Source: Octopus sinensis (lineage: Eukaryota). From it: DNA of 64,000 nt. Location: the NCBI RefSeq assembly GCF_006345805.1, contig NC_042998.1, forward strand, positions 108,252,001 through 108,316,000. The letters are read 5' to 3'. The notes under the pieces were generated by a model. It saw only the letters and a list, made by a program, of their open reading frames with translations. It made no database searches and had not been told where the DNA came from. Below are positions 52,084 to 64,000 of this stretch, in pieces. Numbering within the stretch: the first letter of the stretch is position 1; the number at the start of each line of letters is the position of its first letter. A program made the translations under genes and the position numbers.

Positions 52084-53824
52084 ACACACACACACACACA
52101 TAAACACACACATATACACGCACACACGCATACACTCACACACATATAACAGATTGACTCAGTTCTACATTACCTCATTAGATTCAGTTTAGTTGATGCG
52201 GAACGCATCGGTATCCTCAGATATACAGAGTCGGACTGAAGAGAACTTAAGAGACATTATTATAGGGCTTCAAAGTGAAAATACCTGGACTTCCATTGGT
52301 GACTTCATACTTTGGATAAGTATCGACAGCAATTCGTTTCATTATATACTCTATATGGTTGAGCAAACAGTATATTGACATCAAATAGCCAGTAGTCTCT
52401 GGAATTCGCCATTTCAGTCATTACCTGACGTGATAACCACTTTGGTGGTGTTAAATTGTGTAAAAATTTGCCTGTTAAAGATTGCTGTTTCATTTGGAGT
52501 CTCCACGATCAAGGAAACGACTTCTTCAACTTTAGAAAGAGTAATTTTGTTGGGATTCCCTCCTTACTTGGAGTTCGTAAGTACCAACTCTGTTTCTGCA
52601 AGAAACTGCATTTAATGCCACAGCCGTCAGTATCCATCAATAGTAAAATAGAGTTCGCTAAACACGCCACCTCAACAACAACATCAACATCATCATCATC
52701 AACAACAACAACAACAACATATACACGCATTTATACATGTATGCATGTGTGTATACGTGCAGATTTGTATGTTTTGTTTTTTATCTATGTCTTCTCATGT
52801 ATATTGACGGTAACCCAGCATGGCCGCAGCCTCAGAGCTGAAACATATAAAAGAATAAAAGAATATACTTGCAGATCTAGACATTATCATATATACTCAT
52901 ATGTACGTGTGTATGCAATCATAAATGATAACTGTTTCCAGGAAATTCTACTTTGTCAAGGTGACATATTATAGTCAGTATTTTAGTTTTAACTTGAAAC
53001 AAAAGTCACAAGCCGTTTTCAATATATTCTTTGTGGCAATGGCATTGGTTTAAGCTGCTTTTTCATAATAGTTATCTCTCGCTACGGAGCGGAAAAGATA
53101 TCTATTCGTAAACAGAACAACTTGCTCTGCATGTTTCCCGGCAGTGCTCTTCGGTAGCAATGCCAAACCAGGGATTTCTGGAAGTTATCCATAGTGGTGC
53201 CTGGCCTGTAAGTCCTTCGTAATAGACCAAATAGTTCATCCTCGCCAATGCCTAGAGCTCCCCGTAAACGTCATCATTCTTATCCACTAATAGAATCTGA
53301 TTATCGGCTAAATACATTGTGAGGGTAGCCCCAGTACCCACCGTTAACAAGACAGGTGGTCTTCAGTCTAGTGTCTAAGTCGAAAGAGGTTGTGTGATGG
53401 ATGAGGCTGAAAGGATCGAAGAAAAGCACCTTCCTCTTCGGTCAGTCTCAGGATGGAGAGAAAAGTGCTACTTTCCAGTGAATTTGTGAAAAGGTGAATA
53501 AATGTGGCAAAAATAGTTAATGTGAATGACCCTGCTCTACGTATGCACTCATAGATTAGAGAGCTCGAGTGATGGTTCGTAATGTGATCTGAGTAATTGC
53601 AGTTCTGTGGGGTTCCTTGATTGGCCCTTGTTGGAATTTCTTCTGTATCAGGAAGACTGCATCATCCATGTTATCATATACTTTGTACACTATGCATACT
53701 TTTATCCCATTTCATTGTCCTTTCCATTTCTTTCTTCTCATCCTTTATATAAATCCCCTCAGAAATTGTTGTCTGTCCTTGTCATGCCCCTCTCATCTAT
53801 GTCCCTGTTGCTAATAAATAAAAT

Positions 53825-53912
<88 letters not shown>

Positions 53913-53919
53913 AATAATA

Positions 53920-55506
53920 AAAGCAATGAGAGCGTGGGAAGTAGTACTGACATGTTCAAATGAATCGCTTAGTAACGTGAAAATACGCCGAGGCATTTTC
54001 CTTGGAGGCTTGCTCTCTCCATTATTGCCTATGAGTTCACCAAATCCGAGATGAGAATAAATCACCTACATTATGTGGATAGCCTTACCTACATTAAGTG
54101 GATAAAAATTAGATAGACCTGGAACAGTGAAAGTATTCATTAAAGATATTGGAATGCAGTTCGAAGTAAATAAGTGCGAATACTAACTATGTAAGGAGGC
54201 CGGAAGGTAAGCTCTGATGGCATAAAATTACCATAAGGCAACATCATTAGAGTGTTGTGGAATAATGAGGGATACAAATACCTAGGAGTGCTGCAAGACT
54301 ATAGGACAATGGAAAAAGAAATGGAAAAGAAAGTCACTAATGACTACAAGAAGATAATTAAGAAGGCGCCCGAAACAAAATTAAATGGAGGGAACATTAT
54401 CAAAGCCATAAATACAGAGGCATTGCTAGTACTGAGACACTCTGATCCCTTTCTGAAATGGACAAAAGTCGTCCTCTGAACTTGGAAAGAAGACCTAGAA
54501 AGCTGCTCACACTGCATAACACACTCCACTCTAAAAGTAATACCGACCGACTCTAACTATCAAAAAAGGATGGTGGTAGAAGATTACTAAATGCAGAAGA
54601 CATTGTTGGTACGGCAATATTGGGTCTGAAAAATTATGTTGTACAGAGTAAAGAAAGAATACTATCGTCAGTCAGAGATATCCAAAATGTGACTGAAACT
54701 GTAAGAGAATTCAAAGAGGAAAGGAAGAACAAAATAATAAACAGGAAGAAAAGGAATTACATGCCCAGTTCCTGCAATGAACTGAGAATGTTAGTTGACG
54801 AGCGGGAACTTGAAACGAGAGATAGAACCGCTAATTATAACCACTCAGGGACAAGCCCTTAGAACAAATATGATAAGGATGAAGATGATAAAACTCGGTC
54901 AGGAAAGGAAACGAAAGTATCAATCACTTTTTGAGTGAGTGCAATATACTAGTACAAAGGAAGTAAAAGCGCAGACATGGCTGCGTAGGCAAGAGAGTAT
55001 ATTGAGATTGTAGCCGAGTATGCGCTTGAAAACAACAGAAAGGTGGTATGGACACGAAACGGAGGCTGTGATAGAAAATGAGAATTACAAGATATTGTGG
55101 GACTTCCCCAGAAAGACTGACTATACTTTTGAAACAAGAAAACCAAATATGATTATAGAGATCAGAATAAACAAACAGTAAAATCATAGATTTTTGCAGT
55201 TCCCTATGATAGCAGAGTCAACACCAAGAAAATTGAAAAAAGTTGAGAAATATCAGAATCTAGCCATCGAGCTGAGACTGTGGAAGACCAATGCAAAAAT
55301 TATTCCTGTAGTAATTGGCGCACTTAGTAAGGCACCTATCATGCTACCTAAAAGACTGAAAGAGATTAAAATTAAAACTCGACATGCAGAAAAATACCAT
55401 CCTATATTCTTCAAGAATTCTGAGGAAGATTCTTGAGATTTGAGGAGACTTGTTGTTACCAAACATGCAGATAAAATACATACAAACTAAATTAGCATGC
55501 ACTAGC
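53920..55506 (+). mobile_element. Second 5'-truncated R4/Dong-type RLE retrotransposon (family B)
   Basis: KIRRGIF, EGYKYLGVLQD, KLNGGNIIKAI, LHSKSN, ILWDF, KYQNLAIEL, PVVIGAL; colinear with 1050-3883 and shares the 16-nt 3' motif ATTAGCATGCACTAGC. Confidence 0.88.
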
Positions 55507-57007
55507 ACCATGCTAGTAACAATTACTTAATAAGCATAGAAACTAAAAAAATACAGCTTTTTTTAACAATGCATAAAAGAAGTCTCCTATCAGTATCTGC
55601 GTATATACCCATGGGAATATTTTACTTCATGTGCTGTATGTATAGACATAAATGAAGCTATTCATGTGGTCTCTGATGAATCCTTCATTGTTTAACTTAT
55701 CAAGGAAAATACGACAGTACTCGAACTAAATCTGTTTGAATGACCGATTAATTGACTCTCTTGAGAAAACTACATATCAAAAGGCTCCACTTATGAAGTA
55801 AACCTTCTTATCGTACTACATCTTGCAATGATAATTATTTCAGGAAAAAGAAAAAGGAAACCGGAGCGTGTTGTTTTATTATTTATGAAAGGAAATACAG
55901 TTCCTAGGAATTATTACCAGGTGCTAATACATAAAAGGTAAAGCCACAAGCCACGCTATTACAGCGAAATGTGAAATAATGGCTATATAAAAGATCAAAA
56001 TTACACGTTGACTTTCTGATAACATAAGTCATTTAGTGAGCACTGTGCTTTTTGGTATACATTATGGTAGTAACCACCAAATTCAAACACAATCAATTTG
56101 GATACGCTTCATAACTCTTACTGAGATTCACGAATCGATGGTTTAGCTGAGAGTATCGTAACCAACATAGCAGTTGCTACCATCGATCTAATTAGAGCTT
56201 GCTATTAGGTGCTACTGCATCCAAAAGAAGTAGTACTACCTGATGGCAAGTACTGAATTAATTTGAAGTAATGGGACAGTTATATGAATTCAAAAGATTG
56301 TTTCTTGGCTGTACTAGCGTAGTACTAATCTTTCGTACAATAGATAGGTTTATAAATAGCTACAATCTGAAAAAAAAATCTAAATCTTGGGTGACAGAAT
56401 TGTTGACAAGAACCAAGAGATTAATATGTTCATAACCGTTCAACCGATAAGTACCACTGTAATCCATTTGTATCTTGCGCACACGCATATAGCTGGTAAC
56501 TGTTAATCTGCTCTCCTCACGAGCGAGACTTCTGTCCATTGTTGTTATGAATGATTTATCATAGCTGGTCAGTTATTACTGTAACCGCAGCTGCACTGTT
56601 TCTGCCTGAAGTGAGTCGATAATGCAGGCGAAAAGTTAGGTTGCACAACAGGAATCTAAGTTTTATTTTGTAAAAATCAGAGTCCCGTTGAGCTTACATC
56701 TGACTGATATACGGGCGCTGTTTGAGTTGTCATGGTGAAAATAGTAATATAGAAAACAAGTTTGGAAGATTTCTTAACTGTTATCAGTTAAAAAAAAAAA
56801 ACCGTTCGATCGAAAACCAGTCACACCTATGAAAATAAAAATAACATAAAAATTGTAAGAAACAATAACAATATACATACATACAAACACACATACATAT
56901 ACACACATACGTACATACATACGTACATTCATACATACATGCATACATACATGCATACATTCATACATACATACATACATACATACATACATACATACAC
57001 ACAAATA

Positions 57008-57134
<127 letters not shown>

Positions 57135-57577
57135 TCTTTTATCATCTAAATAGTAAAAGAAAGTAGAATTCTGACGGTCCATGTGTTAAGATAATTCAGT
57201 GCGACTGAATAGAGCAAATTTCCATAAAAGACACTTTGAATAAGTGTATAATTCCCGTAGAGAAAAAAACAATTTTCTACAATTATATTCATAAAAATAA
57301 TGTTTCAGTTATAGCAGAGGCGTTGTACATATGAAGATATGAATATTTTTGGAAAGTTAGTTATGAATTCATATGTAAGTGAAATACAAATTCTCTAAAA
57401 ACTTACGTGCTGTGTTGAAGGAAAATGCAACTGAAATAAAAGAAAGGAAATCAACATATTGTTATATGGCAAATCAATGTCTTGTTCAAATGAATCGTGT
57501 CTTGTACTAACACTAGTTGAAACGCATGTAGAAATCGACTACTCCACTGATTCCTTGCTCTGACTGACCAAGTCCAG

Positions 57578-57655
<78 letters not shown>

Positions 57656-59374
57656 AGGGTGAGATAAACAGGGGGAGGAAGAGGGAGAGAGATAAAAAGG
57701 GAGAAAGAGAAGAGAAGGAGAAATAAGATAAGTAGAGAGTGAACAGCTTTGAGTTCTGTGTATATAGCTAGTTGCGTAGTTCAGAAGACCTGCTCTCTTT
57801 TTAGCCCAATAAATGGATGAAAAATTGTGGACAATTAAAACTTCCTCAGGTTGCGTAAGGATGACTACAAACATAATAGTCTACCTGGTCTACTTCCATA
57901 CTACACTACCGATATTCCGACCCCCCCCTATTTTGACACGACCAATAACGAATGCTCGAAAGTAAATAAAACAATACCATTGTTTTCCCCAAAACGTTCT
58001 CTATACAATTAGAATATCGGAGAGTATATTAATCAATGCATCATCATTGATTATAATATATCGGTAGCTCCTATTCTCGATCTGCCATTCATATTTGAAG
58101 TAGATGCATTAGGTGGAACATTTAATCAGCAAAATAGAAATGTTGCCTTCTACTGCAGATCGTTGAGAAGAACAGAATCTAATCAATCATTTGTGGAAAA
58201 GGACGTATGTGAAAGCTGTAAGAGATGGTGTTATTTTATAGGTCTAGTTTTGCATTTCAATACTGATCAAAATTCAGTCGCTTTCTTTTTTCACAAGCAC
58301 CGTGCACGAACAATCTCCTCTGATCGCAATGAGAACTTTCAGATTTAAATTTCACCATTAGTTACATTCATAAAGTTACGAAGGAGACATACTCTCAAGA
58401 TGTGCTGTCTTTGGAAAACTCTAGTTACTATCAACACTTCACTCACAGCTTTGTCATCCATAGTGCTACAGCTTCAATCATTATTGAAAAACTTACAAAG
58501 CTGTCTCACGCTAGAAATGAAATTCAAAATTTAACAAACTCGCGTCAAATCTGGAAGGAACTAAAATTTGAGTTTTCCAAGCCATTGTCCGTTAGATTTA
58601 TTGAAGCCAAAAGTTAGAGGGAACACTTTTCAATGGATTTTGTTGAACCCTGAAAAATACAAAAAAATTTGAAAAATCCTAGATCCTATTAATGATTGTG
58701 TATAAGTTTATTCTGCTGACATATCTTCACATCGCCCATCGAAGTGAAAGTATGAGAACAGATTGTTATATTACATTTCCTTACTTTTTAAAATTTGGAT
58801 TACCTGCTAGTATACATTGTGATAGAGGTACTGTTTGAGAGTGAGAAACTGGTTATTTCTTGGTTCAAAAGGAGTAATCAAATCACGAACGACATCATAT
58901 CAACCAAAAAGCAACGGCCGGTGTGCGAAAAAAATGGTTCCTTATTGGAAACATTAACTTAGCATAACGAATTCTAAGATTGGATAAGTGAAACCGAGAT
59001 AGTGTATTGCCAAAGGTTTTATATTTTCGTTTATTTTCCCCACTGCCTACTTAAACTTACGATAAAAAGTAAGCTAGATTTTACATCATGCTTATCTCCT
59101 AACAAAATCGAGACAGTCTATTACATTTTGCTCGCATAGATCTATATAGTGCTCGAATAGATACGATACCGAGAAAACAGTATGTTCCACTCATTCCATA
59201 CATTCACAACTGACACATTTAAACTCTATAAACAAATGATTTAAATACAGCTGATAATATTATGATCTTTGTCAAGAATCGAACGTTTTTCTTAATGCAC
59301 AAAATTAGTCTCTCCCAGTCTGTCTGTCTGTCTGTTTGTCTGTCTGACTGCCTGTCTACCTGTCTGTCTGCCTG

Positions 59375-59423
<49 letters not shown>

Positions 59424-62400
59424 TTGTTTTCACACTCTCCAGAAGAAATCCTTATGAAATAATAATACACTAGCCATCAAAGATTTATCGATCAACCTAA
59501 CGTCCCCGAGAGAGAATATATAGATTATTTCTCTATATGATAATAATATTGTATAAATGTTTGTTAACATTTATCTCTGGCGTAATTTTTGTTATATTTT
59601 TGTTTTGTTGATATGCCACAGTTTTTTTCACAAAACGGGGCGAACATCCTTATATGGTATATGCGCCTGCTCAGTTGGCTTTCTATTTGTTTTATATACT
59701 CATGTGCAATGGGTGCATGTCCATTTTCGTTCTGAGACCATACTGGCGTGCTATTTGATTTATCTTTCTGTACTACCTTATTATAATGGGCTTTGCAATA
59801 CTTACCGTATTCATATTTATTATTTAACGCATTAGCACTTTTATTATATTTTGCTTAAGTATCCGTTTTATTCCTCTGTACATATTGATAATGTTTTCCT
59901 TTCTTTGTATAGATTGAATAAATGCTTGCTAAAGTTTACAAATTATTTGGTTTTCCAACAATGTTAATCTTCTGAATAGTTAATGTTACGAACACGGTGT
60001 TTATTATATACTTCTCGGTAGCACTAATATATACACTAATTGAATACTTGATACTACTAATATATTTAATTGAATTTTTGATCACACTAATTCTTATATT
60101 TATCACATTGAATAATTAATAGCACAAATACTTCATTTATTTACAAGGTACTTGATGACAACAATACTTCAATAATAACGTCAATACCTTCATCGAATGT
60201 TTGAAAACACTACTTATAGTCATTATATTTAATGCTTGTTAATACAAATACCAGTAATGGTGCTGTATCTATCGTGCTGAATACTTGATATTAACAAATA
60301 TATTCATCATATTTATTATATAGAGTACTTGATAGCGGCAATAGTTATGTTTCTTGAACTAACTATTTGATAATATGATTGTCTATATTTATTATATTTA
60401 ATAATCGATAGTGAAAAGTTTAAAGTATTACTTTTCAAATTCTTTCTGTAGAATTATTTTTGAAATAAATTTTTCAGTTAATACTTACAGTTTTCGTTAT
60501 TACTCTATAAACAGAGTAACATGAAGGATAATGAAAGTTAATGATATATCCGTATAGAATTTGGTGTCATTATCCCTTAATGATTATTTATATTATTGAT
60601 TTAATTCGGAAGTTAATACACAGGAGTTGATATATGTGAAAGCACGTATCATCAACTTTCGTATATTTAAATTATATTGGCAACTGAAATTCATCAACAA
60701 CACCACATTTACAATGTAAAACAACGATCCATTTTTTATATTTTTATACTGGGCTAATTTTGTACAGCATTTGGTCAAAATGTCGTACAAAATTTAGATT
60801 CAAATAGGATTGAGAGACTTATAAAGAAAAAGCACGGCAGGAATTTTAGAGTTATGTGAAAAGACAATAATTATTTTAATGACTGCCTCTGGTCAAGCCC
60901 AGGAAGGGAGACAACCACTCCCCAGAATTTTAATTAATTATAATTAATGGGCTATTTCATTTATTTCCCTTGACCAGCCACAGTAATTAAGATAATGATT
61001 AGTCTTCTCATGGACGGAATTTTAATGAAAATGGCTTAGCTTTGTGCTTTATTTATGTTCACGCCCACTTCACTGATTGTGTTTGATGCAACAGGTATCT
61101 CTTCGTATTTAATCTTAACAATTTTTTTATTGATGTTCTCATTAAAAATGCAATTTTCTGTTAGTTATTGCGCATGTTTAATGTCATCATTGAATATGTG
61201 TGGGTAATTTAAATTTCATCAAGTAACCAACGCAGAAACTCAGATAGCTGCTGCACATAGGAACATCTATGTGGTCACCCGACCAAGAAAACCTTTCCTC
61301 AGATAACATTCTATTGCCTTAAAATGGAAGATCACATAGGATAATATAGAGTCAGTTATTCTATGCCCAGAAAAAGACAAGGTATTCACCGTTGGATACC
61401 TTTGACCAGGGATCTACTCTAAATGTATTGCCATTGGTACAAAAAGAACGATTTGATTTCTGTAATAATTTCTAACTCTTTCTTTAAACTTTTATAATAT
61501 GATATCTTTCCAATAATACTGTAACAATTTGTACGCTGTAAGAAAGGCAACGATTATCAACTGACATGATATCTGTAATTTATCAGCTACCCAACATGTG
61601 TTTGAATGTGTATATACACATATACATAGGAAGACACACATACATGCAACCACATATGTATCAGCTAACCCCTTGTCTACACCATATGAGAATGTAACAG
61701 TTATGCTCGCTGTCTTTTCAATTTTGTTAATGTTACCTTAAGTGTTTTCTTTGGTAAAAGAAAAGAATCTATAAATTATGCAGATATTCGGATTTCCATA
61801 GACATCCATATTACTTCTGGATTTTCTGCATAATAAATCACTCACAAAGAACGTATTGAACAAACTGTATAACAGAAAACCAATCTTCTTGAAATATCTT
61901 TTGCAAAACTAATATTACTATAAATACATTCGTTGTATTTTCTGTATTTAACAGTAAGTTTAGCAATGATTTAGAAATTCTGTAAGAGGCAATAACTACA
62001 ATTCCTAAAATACTTCAACGATTTACTACCATTACCATCAACACAGAAAACAAGTCACAATCCAGTATGACCCAGCCACACTGTTATAAAATTTAACGTT
62101 ATTGATTTATGCCAACTAACCTATTTTGTTAACATTATCAGACACTTTTTCACACCATCCCATTTTTCAGTAACTACATTGTTGGTTTTGCTTGGCTTTA
62201 ACAATCACCAAACCATTAACGTATGAGATTTTGACATGCAATCAGCCTATCATGTTTTCCTATTCACTAGATTAGACAACTAAATTTCTACTAAAGAAGG
62301 ATAACAATTTATGTGCATTAAATTGTTACATATTTGGGTAGGCAGGCTCTACTTTTGTAACGAATATATTATTGCTAATGTTAAAATTTTGATGTAAATG

Positions 62401-63129
62401 ATATTGAGCTTTAAAAGCACCGATCTAGTACAGAAAAAGACAACATATCCGCACAGGCTTGTTACTTTAAAATTAGTGTTTCTAATGTTTAATAAATATA
62501 AACTCTTTATATTATCCAGATTAAGTGACATCTTTTCTAATTTCAGTCCCACCAGGGCCAACTTCGTTTTTCACTCATTCAAAGTCGGTAAGATAAAACT
62601 TAATAGTGAAATGAAATTACTTCAAATAGCTTCCCTTAGATAATATCTCCCACCCTAGAAAAATTGGCCCTCTACTTTGCAGTAATACAGTCCTTATTCC
62701 ATAAATAATAATCTTATATGACTAATGTTATGATAAAATGTTTGCAAATGAGCTCTCAACATCTTTCTAGAAATGTAACTAATTCTGGGCTAATTCATGC
62801 ATCTTATAGGAATATTTATTGGAAGAAGCAATTTTATTTCTGGCTGTTTCTCGTGACTCTCGATTTTGAATGGCTCATCAACATGTTGAAGACATCTAAA
62901 TTCTAGGCAAAACCTACATTTTATAAGAAGGTTTTTAGGAAGAGATAATTGTCTTTCTGGATGTTTGTCGCAGCTTATCTGTTTTATTATCTACTTATGT
63001 ATTTGAGCGGGAGTATCTAATAAAGCATATATCGTCTCAGTTATGTACTACCGCTTGACAGTCGTACCTTGTCCCAAGAAACTTTTGGATAGATCGGAGC
63101 GCTTATTTTTCCCTTTCTTGTGAAAAGGG

Positions 63130-63967
63130 CAACATACTTTGGTCAGAAAATCCACCTGCTGTCAACAACCACTCTGTTATTGTCTCGGGATGCCATCCTT
63201 AATGATGCATCAGCAAGCGCTGACGCTGACGCACCTGCAGAAATATCTATATCACTGCGATAGTATCAACGACGACATCGAAAACGAGAGGGAACTGGTA
63301 TCTATGGGCAACTTTCAAAAGTCCTTTGCATAGCAGTGCTACAGGGTAGACACTACTTCTTCGGGACAAGCACTTCAGGAATGGAACCGCTAGAAGCCGA
63401 ACCTGTTCAGTGTCCGTGCGTTAGCAGCTTGTGGTCTGGTCTCGAACAGTTGCTATGTTGTGTGGGGCGAATCCAGCTGTCCGCCGTGTGTGCAGTGAAG
63501 ATTAAGTCTTACTCCCCTTCTCTTTAGCAGAGAAGGGGAGTAAAACTTTCTCTGTTTAGTGGTTGTGGCAAAAGAGGTTGTGTAGTGGTTTCTTCTGAAG
63601 GGTTTGAAGACATACTCTTTTCTATTTGACCAAATTGTCATCGATTTTATTCAAGTATCATTTGAAGATGAAGGCGAAAATAGAGAGGAAGATAATGTCT
63701 TCCAGTGAGTTTATGGAAAGGTGGATGAAAGTGGTAAGATTAGCGATTCTGAATGAGCCTACTTTGAGTATACTCCTTTAAATAGAAGGAAAGAAACTGA
63801 GGACAGCATGGTATGTGGAGTTTTCCCTAAGTGGAGTGCCTCCTTGTTAGGGATTCTATTTATTTATTTTTTATGTCTATGAATTCCTTTTGATAGATGT
63901 AAATTTCAATTTATGTGCTGTATTCCGTTCTTTAATGTTGTCCTAAATGCCTGGGCCTCTTGTGGCA

Positions 63968-64000
<33 letters not shown>
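63130..64000 (+). mobile_element. Degraded, internally deleted Tx1 3' fragment with (ATT)n tail
   Basis: VRKSTCCQQPL...LGMP, VQCPCVSSLW...QLS and AKEVV align with the ORF2 C-terminus at 38410-37487; ends GCCTCTTGTGGCAATTATTATT. Confidence 0.8.

Noticed and set aside
56440-56560. Possible integrase-like or exon fragment (VRKIQMDYSGT)
   Set aside because: Too short and no supporting neighbouring motifs.
59990-60400. Degenerate GAATACTTGATA-type repeats (similar AT-rich degenerate repeat at 26470-26760)
   Set aside because: Ordinary decayed AT-rich minisatellites with no further structure.

Overview
AT-rich, microsatellite-dense eukaryotic DNA made almost entirely of transposable-element debris. 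The SINE/LINE mix resembles octopod (cephalopod) genomes, but that is an inference from repeat style only. I find no supportable host protein-coding exon, RNA gene or CRISPR array; most ORF-track entries are translated microsatellites. The main element is an apparently full-length ~5.4 kb Tx1-clade (L1-group) LINE on the minus strand (37221-42635). It sits inside a (GA/TC)n tract, and its 3' terminus matches that of a local tRNA-derived SINE. Also present: several R4/Dong-type RLE retrotransposon copies associated with (AAT)n, a complete 1291-bp mariner nested in one of them, Penelope-like, hAT, Tc1, RTE, CR1/L2 and LTR remnants, Helitron-like non-autonomous pieces, a 334-336 bp fold-back element with a diverged relative, a near-perfect 186-bp inverted duplication, and an 863-bp insertion with a 16-bp TSD whose ORF is not a LINE ORF2 C-terminus. 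All alignments were made by eye, so boundaries of degraded remnants are approximate.
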